Part shown: positions 13,001-23,027 of the stretch, one piece after another
Numbering within the stretch: position 1 is the stretch's first letter
Layout of the letters: the number at the start of each line of letters is the position of its first letter
From: Halocafeteria seosinensis
Lineage: Eukaryota
Assembly: GCA_001687465.1 (NCBI GenBank)
Contig: LVLI01000007.1
Location: 1 to 64,000 of the forward strand
Reading direction: 5' to 3'
DNA: 64,000 bases
Made by a program: the position numbers and the translations under genes
The notes under the pieces: generated by a model
Seen by the model: only the letters and a program-made list of their open reading frames with translations
Told to the model about the DNA's origin: nothing
The model's database searches: none

Positions 13001-13345
13001 AGTATCCCCTGTTTCTTTGAAAAATTGATGCAGAAGTGCTCGATGTTGCGGTCTGGAAGTCGCTCGCATTTTCGCCATGTGGATCGCTTGCTCCACGTCA
13101 GAGATTTGTTGGCGACATTCGGGGGTAGTTAAGATCTGCTTCTTCACGATCCCAGAATCCAGTATACCGCCTCGTTTGCGCACGGAGAGGCGATTTTTAC
13201 GCTTCGACACGGTCTGTGTGAACTCCTCCAAGGTATGCTGCAGACGATCCAAGTATTCCCTGTCCTCATCCTCCCCTTTCGAGTCACCCCTACCATGCGC
13301 CGCCGAAGGCGGCTTCTTTGTCCGCTTTGCACTGGCTTGAGACAT
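4100..13345 (-). CDS. CFAP54: Cilia- and flagella-associated protein 54-like (3081 aa, single ORF)
   Basis: The ~3100 aa length and the N-terminal LYWVHYNTC...LLFSLWAYRSVDGVLPLCSMKYIAWRV segment resemble the CFAP54 N-terminal domain; internal ALFGKRFGAGTSVASTSMEFPEAG motif; helical-repeat composition. Confidence 0.8.
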   Translation of the reverse strand: MSQASAKRTKKPPSAAHGRGDSKGEDEDREYLDRLQHTLEEFTQTVSKRKNRLSVRKRGGILDSGIVKKQILTTPECRQQISDVEQAIHMAKMRATSRPQHRALLHQFFKETGDTLVSLGEVKIALQMFYSELFLSEQALYQWDEAFVDPPTDPGASDALYHDYLVESALEVARKQKQLLEAHNMTDGSKQISEDRDHIHKVGFHLHALCMRTWIRCVFDTDSENHGILSLKCDASNAKSSFLRSASYLASILQVILLYPSSAREQLYWVHYNTCQMLFHISQNLYRVEAFDASLLFSLWAYRSVDGVLPLCSMKYIAWRVRVAKLAVHSALRIQQYETGTAIANNVGKAIQSVHNEFRMDPPVPRAALHNIRKNMAEVRVLQFLCISRKDPTLALKKFVRWNPDTPTQVTAVVSALCFTQEGEIQSTDGVEEKLLSFTVNSTLDFIRTGMTALKETYDRSAKQLTFGQFQGSRVATILPLDVHVQLATWLFENRQKYKPFASTMIVLAVSRLYHWRNEETAHALAELKSSTMSQSNKLSTNNSKELTSKTRDDLAEFGIEEIVQSWVRRMEMLLCAMVLEDSPHDKLPVALSSAFDPNAGSIFVSGSAEESSSADSTDESTESLKKALVALLSTSSYNERPKDESLHLPLLCSSKILACCKKDTAVDHALAEQCCWLLWCAVKRSISHDLLSSEKASWQHRLRHEAGLLSVVEIIHNSLWLLQAGDAFLVAEVGRLAVFLSSRAGDHSKAVQVARRTLDHFEQLRVGYISGIPSNVKVTHCQRQNRTNNAESSPTFGTEGVLEEYLCQQGLYSEHPFISATDGDEKEQCWTYFAMSGYRNQDLSVVNVDLVMTLFRSELALSASFNNVRQQFSNNQSYASPSSATIKQLKTECGSNKQWHAVLLLALLPYVRKNAERKEMLQDCWHYISNSVNEQTQLAQNANLHDTGLRPLLLRSTHDTIHVGISRSALQKHCGKYVALFGKRFGAGTSVASTSMEFPEAGFPMPVDDVKPVEAFASADSEHRHNSFVVFRASELERNDSYNFAVGLSSDRSAFSKKNSEIEMAESSPGYTSGNTICNLCISCYWYLEACRLGQAEDWTDAAISFIAPFLSLGRCKSEQVSLPSQLVRLDREAVTSTPHSLVSLVARCMMQLFEQNKLSPIYLVKSLIPAVDRRNTNIVAAASNLTQEDATALGRLVYSFLPEENAFEYCQLVTAQAMVVAGQLGFVAGDPTIVYSCCSAALELLQSLVANEGGSSDACIPLVMQLLIMAQSTQKFESRRCKSDRLLQDLEIFLLSLSRARGHKLIDTPEIKASICKVAFLPPIGHLFEDMKDAHLENLSGWSLRQGFSTYPTKAFNTNRQFSRSNIPKLRELFSVNRYHLTLLLESVPFNPSGEEESIVLQMLPYVEQVLLKLQRCGSLEYGDTERCYFKDLSNTVAILMGKSPEPASGGSKKGGKSKKGGKEQASEPADDSGPFEKCGLQLLEAFVHNPVSTVSFLDTMLLSVSRHSSIGYALLLLSCSFESIVETARKGQNVQSSLQILLSSFLASLSWFFSCYSKQCDSKIPGGQPLQFPSSFQSEEINTSLDNDDPSGALRIWLSDILCCFGAQLPAGNQEETESNNMRHSQYFEPLCGLIESLAEATECLSFVFEDVSRTKERFSTYDSHINIVHESCEKLQLSLPDMQCCPSFYQLAEEQQEARRGWSDVVALEEQASSEDSYVLSALATLSLHCGQLFLEESTPESESSNGNQSAGCEALSRCAVYAVLSHSWSTVAEAVKCAYCSLEQEGFKQPACIYRLCRSAARLCSSGLIYKSSSLQPEDAASAGEFGVRRAEYLVPGPGLSYKDIFASAVFMREACSFLPTNISVDLKESVCQEMVSTYVSIYKFVHNMTVGSVGRWYNSAAPIDDMAGYDSTLPTLRNDRAQKTSLIVHNGLASWPTPWRDETVIKRSYAHTKNLSSQNRSVYSRSSWREPIVFELSSVLYSFLEELHQEACRHQNSRQEVVGHLNGYVKWSEETISKLSVDEYDMTYELTEEERITLDNAKDAQTRFKEFIAFLEGLIGEHKNTIDKAEVIKDPRNRDQSQGLKMLNKAQESRGAFESPETPRVAADHAHAGVTVSHVHTLKKLKSSGNQPNFKVGSVEAVWETYFKAIDCLRYQQDTPLLVSALMESAEFALAKGSSSSIDSAVKFWRDALDACFTTTDVLQQKELFQCPLSSFFEACAFDGQGSLLQKLGPLGITWAATLCGLIGAFDKTISFGEAIKFCRRSASLFRSLLIEYAGSNIALSLFSVAQIHSIGKYRFADIFGSSRALLPPTLVIFVLQFICHNLISYNHQFHDEITAPALLYEWLAGSLTDDELVRCDAELIRIKVSFMHGHWNSALSWFGSLAARPMGKPEDQPDFQAKTREKRGDDGSVATTFDSVALFSDQMGSDVEAEQEITKLLVSANHPFKRDSVISRNPDLLLQAWNLRVTMALYLFLQSQRRGESAISCKEVLDSVAYIEQLMSCISEVEEDTNNEKFHTAILHSLRRYRSLMMSPDGLRSDVLLCMGESARCLEVTEKMLSPYKDMSERDGPLESCSDALVRKAHLSTGLALTQHGGISASSVWLQRTVSFCKDAGDSITAAYALFAQSYVQALKGDIISAEDNCTLALLFAKENELAPLIPMCSINLWHICLRKSLCGYDVDWTFVASKLEETLSFLLSRTGQSGHLHSLTGGADLNALDDIASTVPYVGFLAEVVLTIAEARMYSISLSQFSTDVACLASFAIELLEELSEPNLLLLQKAWLYKLYGVRQRVIAAKGDISEDLDQLVYFTVTQSLRARSPATASSVAVRRSIIAEICMLQRLCGKEYAFPSTAGMCTICLLDEAKRNRSASGESVGIEHIQHEKNSAILPSMLDDISVPPVCLHITSSWQNRRATCPWMPEFLRELPAEKISAIGSNMSQQATFNFLVLWCCSVSSLRYDAEYSTMVMIMYRRDSSEEFKVAQGNVSSEELDLLRRLFVRRYWQVKQAERLSSFTGYLVSTDIELLDQTLTQGGDSSGISEALRQVSDSVDPADITSDLFKLTSCNSAGAL

Positions 13346-13825
13346 GGTATAATGGACAGAAACATCCGTGAAATATTAAATTCCAAAAAACAGAACGTTA
13401 ACGACCTCGCAACTTGCCTTTGTGAAGTTACGCCACGAGTGAACGAAATGTTTGGCGACTTCGTTAAAAACGATGTTCAAATTTTTTTGCCAGATTTTGA
13501 GACAAAAATTCCAAAAACCGCAGCACCGTTGCAAACAATCCCATGTGCGTTTCAAGAATCCCAGAAATAGGATGCTTAATATTCAAGAATCCCATTTTTT
13601 GGGAACAAGGCTCGGTCAGTGTAGGTATCACATTGAACAAAATGTATTGCACTGTATAAAATACCGTATGCATGTCTATTGGAGCTACCCCGGCGACGAC
13701 TTCCAATCACAGATCTTACTTTTTGTCCCCCTAAAAATACAGATATGACCAATTTGTGTACACATAGTTAACACTCCACACTCGGTGCTACGGGGCTCCG
13801 AAGTTCGAACTGCTGACGTCAACTG

Positions 13826-15060
13826 TTACGGTTTGCTTAGCAGCTTAGTTTCCGCTGCTGGATCATCCAGCTCGGTATTCGCTTGTCTTGACTCCTCATT
13901 GCAAACAGCCTCAACATCAGGATATGGTTCATCGAGATACGTTTTCAACATAAAATCTTCCACATATTTGCTATCAAAGAAATAACACATGTCCTGCGGG
14001 ATAAGGACATTTCCAGAATTGACAAAATCCTGTAAGCTGTTGTCGCTCAGTCCATGGTGTTGGAGCACCTCAGCCAATTCTTCAACTCGGAGACAGTCCA
14101 TCTTGCTCACAGTACCGTTCCTTATAGATTGAGTACGGGCTGCCAAAACACGCAAAACGTCGTTATACAAGCGCACATTTTGTCGCCAAAGCTGTTTTTT
14201 GGATCACCGAGAACTCTTAGTGATTCAGCGTGGGCTTCGAATGCTTTCTGACGAAGAACTGATTTACGTAAATGTAGTAGCTTGTCTTTCGTGAAAGCAT
14301 TATGCGAATGCAAATGATCGCTGAGATCGCCGAGTTTGCCTCCGATTACATGCCGAATCCAGCAAGCCATTTCGCCAGTAATCCGTCGAGTTTTGAACAG
14401 ATATTCATCCAATTCGTCCCGTTCAAGGCTTTTAAAAATCACTTTTGCAGCTTTGACATTGTCTGAGATAGCGTTGATCTTTACAACCCCTGCCCCGGGG
14501 GAGGCGATGAGAAGCGTGTTCCACTGTCTCTTCTCCTTCCCCAAGGAGCCTAGTAGGACCCATAGGCGAACCTCGACAGCGGAAGCCAGGTTGATATCAT
14601 CGATGATAATGAACGGCCGGTGCGGACCATGTACCATTTCCAGGGCCGACTGTACATAGCCTACCATCCGGATGGAGAGCTCGTCCCCAGCCTCGACATA
14701 TTCTCTGAAACAGTCGAGAAACCGACCAAACAACTTCCTATCTTTATAAGAAAGATACAGAACCGGGCCATGGTCGAGCGAGATATTGTGAGCCAAGAGC
14801 TGTGCTTCCGTACTCTTACCAGTATCTTTTGGTCCATACCAAATTTGGAACGGATTAAATTCAAAGGAAGGGAACAAGCCCGAGTGATTGGAGTAATAGT
14901 GGTCTTTCAAGAACCGCTTTCTCTCGTTCATCAGGGAAACGATTTGAAGGGCAGGTTCTGTGTTCACATTGTCCATAATCACAGTGGGCAGGTGCTGCGC
15001 GTGGCGATCGTAGGACACGGCGAATACAAGGACCAAAAACCCAGTAGTGAAAATAGCCTT
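13826..15060 (-). pseudogene. P-loop (AAA-like) ATPase-domain gene with a frameshift
   Basis: Walker A GPKDTGKS and Walker B IIIDD. ORFs 14122-15036 and 13826-14176 join if one base is added to the T6 run at 14195-14200. The frame is closed upstream by stops, so the true start is unclear. Confidence 0.6.
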
Positions 15061-15463
15061 AGCATTACCGGTAATCTTCTTGTTAGCAACAGAGTCTCAG
15101 AAGTTTCCGAGGAACATCTGAGTGGACTGAGGCATGGTGCCAGTTCAGAGGAGTTCCTCTGTGTGCACCTAGTACCAGTAGTTTCTGGTTTTCGGAGCGC
15201 TTTCTTTACTAGCGGACCAGCATAAGAGGAAAAGATTAGAGAACAACAGTGGAAAACTGCGCAAATGATGAGAGAGGAGAAACGAGATATTTTTTGGAAA
15301 GTGACGAAGTTTTTTGTGCTAGTGCGGAAAAATGTAAAGTTCAATTTACCAAAGTTATGTACCAACACGACCCGCACACTCACAATCTGGGTCACTCTTT
15401 TCTTTTTTACCAGGTCAGCTTACCTCTTCATAGGCAAACATTGTCAGCGGGATCAAGTTCCTT

Positions 15464-15722
15464 AAGAGAATTGCCAGGAAAGCACCCGGCCACGCTGGCC
15501 AGCAAGGGAGTTGTGGAACTTTCGAAAGCTGTTGACGGCCAAATTGTCTGTCACGTTGATGCGGTCAACTCCCCGGCCGGTGGGCTATCTGTCACATACA
15601 GTATGTGTGTTTGTACGTGCAGATGTTGGAGCGGTTCCGGATAGGGTTCACCCTACACAAGGAGTCTGTAGACTACACGTATCGATATACACGTCTTCCG
15701 GTAGAAGCAATACTAATACACA
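15464..15722 (+). mobile_element. 5'-truncated copy (RLE C-terminus plus 3' UTR) of the CRE-like non-LTR element
   Basis: ggaactttcgaaagctgttgacggccaaattgtctgtcacgttgatgc (NFRKLLTAKLSVTLM) aligns with the reverse complement of ~28333-28380 (NFHKLMTAKLSVTLM); ends in cgtcttccggtagaagcaatactaatacac. Confidence 0.75.
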
Positions 15723-16035
15723 GCCAGGTTGATATCATCAATGATAACCAATGGAAGGTCCGGGCTACGCACTGTTTCCAGGGTGGACTGTACATAGCCT
15801 ACCATCCGGATGTAGAACACGTCCCCAGCTTCGACATATTCTCTTATCACACAGTCGAGAAACCGATCAAACAACTTCTTATCTTGATAAGAAAGATACA
15901 GAACCGGGCAATCGACGGACGAGATGTTTTGGGTCAAGAACTGTGCTTCCGTATTCTTACCACTGTTTAAGTTAAGTTAACAGTATCCTTTGGTCCATAC
16001 CAAATTTGGAATGGATAAAATTCAAAGACAGGGAA
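15722..16035 (-). pseudogene. Diverged partial duplicate of the ATPase region 14584-14875
   Basis: Colinear nucleotide similarity (agccaggttgatatcatc...tggtccataccaaatttggaa); a 20-nt insertion at 15962-15981 disrupts the Walker A codons. Confidence 0.85.
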
Positions 16036-16511
16036 AGATGTACTGTACATGCTTTGGAAGTGAACAGCATACAGTAGTGCATGTTCTCTGCAAACAAGTT
16101 TCGTGTTTTCAACCGTTAGACGAGGTAACAACATATGTCGAGGCTTAACCTCATTATCTAGCGATAGGGAAGTAAATTAGGCTGTACTTTCTCGTACAAT
16201 TCCCGAGGAACCTTGACAATGGCTCAGGCCAACTTCACAAGCGACGAGTCGGTATGCGTCCATGAATTGAACATATTGCCTCAATAACTCAATTCGAAGC
16301 CTAAAAGGACTATGTTGTCGTCATACATCAGGCTGTCACCTTTCTGTGTCTTTGAACGTCACCGTAAATGGTTTCACATCAGTGTTACGTGTTAGCGAAG
16401 ACGCTGCTCGGGAGTGTTGCGTTTCTAGCGCAAGAAATCATTCAAACGCGGTGAAATCACAAAGCGTGAGTTGAACCAATCATAGTGTATTCTGTTACTC
16501 TTTACCGATTG

Positions 16512-18351
16512 CTATCCATGCAGCTGCCGCATTGACTCTACCCACTCCTTGTTCGTGAATTTCTCGCCCGTCCACGACGTTTGGTAGTATTTATCGACGG
16601 AATAACTATCCGGATTCATGATTCGATCTTCCATGACATCCTGAAAATTCTTAATAAGGCCTTGTACAGGCCATGCAGCCGCATCTCCCAGCGCACAAAT
16701 TGTGTGGCCTTCAATAGAACGCGATATTTCCTCCAGCATGCCAATTTCATCCTTCTTCGCATTACCGTGTTCGATCCGTTCCAGGATATCTTCCATCCAG
16801 TGTGTACCTGTAGCCAAACTCAATTAACAATACAGCGTCTATAGTCGAAACCTGGCAAGGCAATCGACTTACCCTCTCGGCATGGAGTACACTGACCACA
16901 TGATTCATGGGCGTAGAAGTGACTCAAACGACGAATGCACGCAATTGGATCCGCGCTCTTGTCTATCACTGTTACCGCTGCGGTCCCTAACCCTGACTGA
17001 GCATCCTTCAGTGAGTCAAAATCCATAAGCACTTCTTCACATTGCTCCTTCCTCAGTAGCGGCACTGACGCACCACCAGGTATAACAGCCTGCAAGTTCT
17101 CCCATCCTCCACGAACCCCACCGGCATGCTTTTCTATCAATTCTCTAAGCGAAATACTCATTTCTTCCTCCACAGTAATAGGATTGTTGACATGCCCAGA
17201 TATCATAAATAGTTTTGTTCCATGGTTGTTCGCTCTGCCCAATGAGGCAAACCAGTCTGGGCCACGGCGCATAATTGTCGGTGCAACAGCCACGGTTTCT
17301 ACGTTGGTAACTGTACAAGGGCAACCAAACGCTCCCGACTGTGCCGGAAATGGCGGTTTCATTCGTGGCCGCCCTGATCGACCTTCTAAGGACTCTAATA
17401 AACCAGTTTCTTCTCCACAGATGTAGGCACCGGCTCCACGGTGAAGATACACATCAAAATCGTAGCCGCTTCCACAAGCATCCTTGCCTAAGAACCCAGC
17501 TTCGTATGCCTCATGAATCGCTTCATCTAAAATCATCGCTTCATTAAAAAATTCACCACGAATGTAGATGTAAGCTGCACGTGCTCTCATTGCATATCCC
17601 GCAACTAAACATCCTTCAACGAGTTTGTGCGGGTCCTTTCTCATGATCTCTCTATCTTTGCACGTCCCTGGCTCCGATTCATCAGCGTTGACAATGAGAA
17701 ATGACGGTCTGCCATCGGATTTCTTGGGCATGAAGGACCATTTCAGACCTGATGGAAAGCCTGCTCCTCCACGTCCACGTAAGCCTGATGTTTTCACGTC
17801 TTCCACAATTTTGTCTGGGCCCATCCACAGGATGTCTTTGGTCTTGTACCAGTCTCCCTGTACAGAAATTCATCAATTTTCGTGGTTATGGCCCATGCAC
17901 TCAGCAAAATAAAGACCATCATGCAGCCACGTACGCGCTTCATGGCGTCTTTAATGCGCCAATCCTGCTCTCCGTACAAGTTTGTAAAGATTCTATCCTC
18001 ATCCGCCAGTCCTCCATAGTGTCTCTCTTCGGTCGCTTCCTGCATTTATCGCGATATACCGCCATAAAGGGGTGAATTAGACGTGTAAACTGCTTGAAAA
18101 AGGCCAGGGATACGGGCTTCCCTATGGATCCCCCTTGGAAAAAACTACAAAAAATCTGCCCCACTTAGCCACGCACCCGCCCCCTTTGCTTGCTGCAGGC
18201 GATTACGTCAGTCATTGCAACCACTTGCGAGAGCTTGCGTACGTACCTGAAAAGGAGCATGGGAAACGTGAAAGGCTCTCACGGAAGGTGTATAGAGCGC
18301 AATCGACCTCCGAGCCACCTGAGGCTTGAGCAATCTTCGGCTCGTCAGCAT
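16512..18351 (-). CDS. NDUFV1: NADH:ubiquinone oxidoreductase 51 kDa flavoprotein subunit (NuoF), 4 exons
   Basis: Exons 18351-18247 (Arg/Ser-rich presequence), 18039-17935, 17857-16873 and 16807-16512 with GT-AG introns. Motifs [50 protein letters not shown] and [13 protein letters not shown]. Confidence 0.97.
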
Positions 18352-18618
18352 CGTTATCGTATTCCCCACTCTAAAATACACTCCACAACCTTCATACAAA
18401 CTACGATGTTATACGTAACAATCTGCTATAGCGATTCGCAACTGAACTTCATTGATTGTAAATGACCCCAACGGTAAGTAGACGGAAAGATTGTTCGAAC
18501 TCCCATGTCCAAAATTCCAGAGCCTTTCGGAAGCGTATATTGGCTCAATGTGCGCGTTTTGCATGTTTATTATTTCATAGACCAACTATATATTTATTTT
18601 CCAAACATAATTGGGAGA

Positions 18619-20485
18619 ATGGAGGAGACGGGAAATCCCCATTCTGGGACCAAACGAAGCGTAAAACAGGACGATACGGCCTTCTTTGGCACCCATCAAC
18701 AGAGACAGCAGGTACCTTAATGGAGTCTTTTTCATGCTATATTATGCCCCCCATATTAGCTCCAAACCACGTTGTGGTGGTCTGCAGAAACGAAGGGAGA
18801 AACAGGATGCACTCAGAAAGAGCAACCGGGACAAAGTCATCCAAGCGAAACGCAGGAAACTGGGGATACCAAATAAGGACCATACGAACAATGATCAAGC
18901 CTTATCCATATCAGAAGCACAGTTGGGAGCGTCTCTGCAAGCTCTACAGAAACCTCAGGAGCTCAAATTTTCCGATGCGGTACACCATTTGAAATTAGTG
19001 CGCCAGGCGCTGTCACAGGAACATACGGAAGCACCGATTGAAGTCTGCCTGAACAATGGAGTGGTTGCAGCATTAGAATGGGCATTGCAACCAGTAGCCT
19101 CCGGAGGCATCGCTTCTGCACCAGAAGGAGTGAGTGAGTTGAGGTTTGAAGCTTCATGGATCGTAGCTAACCTGGCAACGGGGAATTCCGAGCAAACCAA
19201 AAAGCTGGAGACGGTACTACCGCTGCAGCTACACCTACTGGATTCGGATGATGTTCAACTTGCCGAACAAATTACGTGGACTCTAGGTAATATTTCGGGT
19301 GATGTGCAAGCATGGCGAAATTGGCTCATCAGTAACGGATGCTTACATGCATTGCAAAGACAACTCCGAACAAGGCAGCATAAAGAACTGATTCGAGTAA
19401 CGTGTTGGACCTTGAGTAATTTGCTACGTGGCGATACGTCAGCGAAACCGTTTCTGAGTGTGCAAATACCGCAACTCGTTATCGAAATTATGTCCGAGTG
19501 CTTAGATAATACCATCAAAATGGGTCCAGATAACAGTCAGGAGAAACTTAAGACGCTAGAAACATTGACAGAGTGCTCTTGGGTAATAGCGTATCTCGCG
19601 GCGAGAGAAGAAGAAGTTGTGGAAGTGTTAGTCCAGAACAAAGTTGTTCCGCTACTAGTTCGGTGCTTGAGTAAAGGCCATCCACCGCTGATATTGCCCA
19701 CACTTCGATCGTTAGGTAATATTAGTGGATGTTCCGACCACCGCTTCACGTCGGAAATTCTCTCTCAACCCTCCTTTCTTTCGATTCTTCACACGATAGT
19801 GTCTTCGCCGTTTGTTTCAAGCTCGGCCGATGAAATGGCAGGCTTGCCTGCTTCCGTTGCCGCTCAGACTCCCAATAAGCAGGTTCGCGTGAAAGAAGCA
19901 CTTTGGGTCTGCGCGAACATTGCGGCAGGAACGTTTGAACATCTCCACGCGTTGATTCGAGAATCGTTTATCCCGACAATTGTGCAACACCTGGAGTCTG
20001 GTTGGCGAGTTCGCACTCAGGCTGGCCTTGTTCTATTTAATGTGGCTCTGGGGATGCTTCAATACTCTGAAAACGGAGGGGATCCTACCTTCGTTCGAAA
20101 CACGGTGGATGAGTTACTCCGGTATGAAAGTGTTCTCCCCACATTTATTAGCTTTATGAAAGCACCTGACATGGAGCTTGTGAAAATGTCCCTTGTCTTC
20201 ACTGAGATGGTCTTAAAGTTTGGCAGTCGAGGAACGACCCTCTTTGAGGACAGCGATGGGATTGCCGCTCTCGAACACGTGGTTCACCATGGACCAGGGG
20301 ATGAAGATTCACAACAGGTATTCGATAGTTCGTTTATCCAATCAATCAGGTCGAAAGCATCCTCTCTTCTTGATGAGTATTACGGGGAAGACGCTGATGA
20401 CCAGGAGCCAGCGTTTGAAGCCCCAGCCATATCCCAGCCGCGTAATGTCAGTTTCCTTCCTGCGTGGATGGAAAATCAGCAGTGA
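18619..20485 (+). CDS. Importin alpha (IBB domain plus ARM repeats)
   Basis: ATG 18619 and intron 18712-18787 rebuild the IBB-like RQQKRREKQDALRKSNRDKVIQAKRRK. ARM motifs FEASWIVANLATG, EQITWTLGNISGD, VTCWTLSNL and KEALWVCANIAAG. Confidence 0.9.
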
Positions 20486-21396
20486 ACTCAGTGTCAGGCA
20501 GTAGTATGACCCTTGGGAGTACGCTAGGTGAGGAGCCGAACTTGAGGGCTTGTTATTTCCTTGGGTGGATGTAACAACCTAAGCGAGGACTCATGAATGG
20601 GGAACACAGAGGTTTGGGTTTGTCCGTAGATCCCGCCATGCAATTAGCATTTGAAGTATGATCATATCTTCAGTTGCTGATTGCTGATTGTGCAACGGGA
20701 CTACCAGTGTTCTTCCGATTTCCTCCCATTAGTGCAGCGCAACTTGGGTTCATGCACTCACTACACTACATCTAGAGTAGTATGTACGTCCATCGTGTTT
20801 CTTGTGCATTCTAAACATTTGTCGAAGAGTAGATGGGGAGTCACAGGTGAGTCATACTCTATCCCGCAACGCATCCGGTGTGGGATTACGGACAACAGTT
20901 CATACCACAGTGCGTACAGTAGTTTCCTTATCCCAAAGAATCCACACAGTTTCAAAACCTTTGTTTTTCTCTCTTCTCATCCCTTCCGATCTGAGCCATA
21001 CTGCATCTCCCATATTACGACTGAAGGGCGACGACGTCACTCTGTTTGTCTGTTCTTTGTTTTTTTCTTTGGCCTGGGGAATCGAAAGGGGCCGGGATCC
21101 CGCCGCCACAAGAATCGAAGTTGAACGGACAAAAAACCAACCAAACGCCAGCGGAATATTCCATCCCCCGTATATTTTTGGTGTTGCTGACCACAGAAAA
21201 AAAGAAGAGGTAAATAAGAGTACATGCCAGTTGTGGAGGCAATGAAAAATTCTTGGAAACAGTGCTGTACCGGTATTGGCAAACTTCTCTTCCCCCCCTC
21301 CTATATTCCCCACCCGGCCCGGGTCGGTTCGGTCTTCAACGTGGGATATTCCATTCCCCTCGATAGGATTGTTTACACCCAGATCATTCACGTACG

Positions 21397-22981
21397 ATGG
21401 CTTCCTCCTCCTCCCCGCAATCGTCTGAGCCCTCTTCGGCGGCTGTGAATGGCTCTCGGGGCACACAGCAGCGAGGATCTTCCCAAAGACCGCGAGCGGA
21501 AAATCAGCTGAGGGCTTCCGGAGGGGTTCATGAGAGGGAATCCGTGCACGATATCGTGAAAAAATGGCTCCCAGTGTTCAAGAAGAAGACCGAACGCCCC
21601 AGCAAATCTGGGAGCGCTAGCGGCGCTCCGACGCGCAATGGGGACGAGCGAAACCAGAAGGGAACATCGAAGCGTGGTAGAGGTTCTCGAACGAGACGCC
21701 AAACGACACCCAAGAGGAAAGCGTCCGATGATGACGAGGGAGATGATCGGGACGCTCAGGAGTTCGTCCCCACGCTGGAAGCGTCCCCCCGCAGGGACGG
21801 GACGAGCGAGGAAGGGGAGACGAAAATTAGCGTGGAACCGGAAAATGGATCGGTCTCATTCTCAATCTCGACTGAGTCCGAAAGTGGCAATACGAGGCTA
21901 AAGTTTTCAAGAAGCGACACAGACAGTACTGTTGACACTCAAGAGATTTTAGAGCACCGAAAGGACTTGGAGGAAAGTCGCTCGGGACAGGAGAAAGCCT
22001 TGGCGGAAAATTCAACCTCCACGATTGTGCTGCTGCAAACGAAAGCCCACATCAAAACTAGCTCCAGTCAAGCCACTGGTACGGATGTCACTAGTCATCC
22101 AGCTACAAATGCCGCAATGGAGGTATCGATTACGGCCGCTGAGGGAGAATCTGAAGTATCACCCATGGATGCCAGCAGTGAGGATATGCAGGCACTAGAC
22201 ACTCTTCTGACCCTGGCAGAAGCTACTGAGTACTGTGCTCCATCAATGGAACCCTCTGCAGCGAAGGAGGAGAATTACGATGGACAGGAGGCTATAGAAT
22301 CAGTATCTCGGAAAGCGAGCGCGTCTAGTTCGGGAGAAGCTGGGATCGAGACGGACTCTGCAATTAATCATGGTGAGAGCTCTGACTCAGAGACCTCTGC
22401 TTCCAGGATTCCTCACGAAGTAGTTGTCAAGTGTAAGCTCTGATCTACTCAGTCCTCATTCTGATCGTATTTTGCAATTCTCAGTGTTTTCCTTTGCATA
22501 CTGTGGCTCTGCAGGCATGGCGGCTCAGAACATTAGCAAGGCGGACTACATGCCCGTGGAAATAGTAAAGGGAATCTACATTGGCTCAGTTGCAGCAGCG
22601 GTAAATTTGAATACTCTAGAAGAAAATCGCATCTCTCATGTTGTATGTGCAGCTTCTGGAATAGCCCCAATGTTTTCCTCCAAGGGAATTCAGTATCTAC
22701 TGCTAGATTTAGAGGACGAACCCGACGCAGATATTCTGAAGTATCTGGAAGTGGCGGCTCAGTTTATCCAGAAAGCACGCGAGGAGGATGGAAACGTCTT
22801 AGTACATTGCTTTGCTGGACGCTCAAGATCAGCTGCTATCGTTGCTGCCTACCTAATTCGTCATCACCGCATGTCGCTGGAGGAGGCCATTAAGACAATC
22901 AAATCGAAGAAGGACAATGTCAAACCTAATAGAGGTTTTTACTACCAACTCGAACAGTTTTCTTGGGGAACTTGCAGCTGA
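21397..22981 (+). CDS. Dual-specificity protein phosphatase with a long disordered Ser/Glu-rich N-terminus
   Basis: Phase-1 intron 22433-22514 joins ORF 21397 to the catalytic ORF; GIYIGS and the active-site motif VLVHCFAGRSRSA are present. Confidence 0.88.
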
Positions 22982-23027
22982 AACTTCTACTAAATATACA
23001 TAGACCGGAGCTTGAAACGTGTGCAAT

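Noticed and set aside
14620..15225. 201-aa plus-strand ORF with an apparent paralogue at 15605-15970
   Set aside because: The similarity only mirrors the duplicated minus-strand ATPase, which carries the Walker motifs.
18040..18246. Longer (207 nt) first intron of NDUFV1 as a possible ncRNA host
   Set aside because: No convincing C/D or H/ACA box arrangement seen by eye.
20500..21390. Overlapping short ORFs between importin alpha and the phosphatase
   Set aside because: I could not build a consistent spliced gene or recognise any motif; left unannotated.
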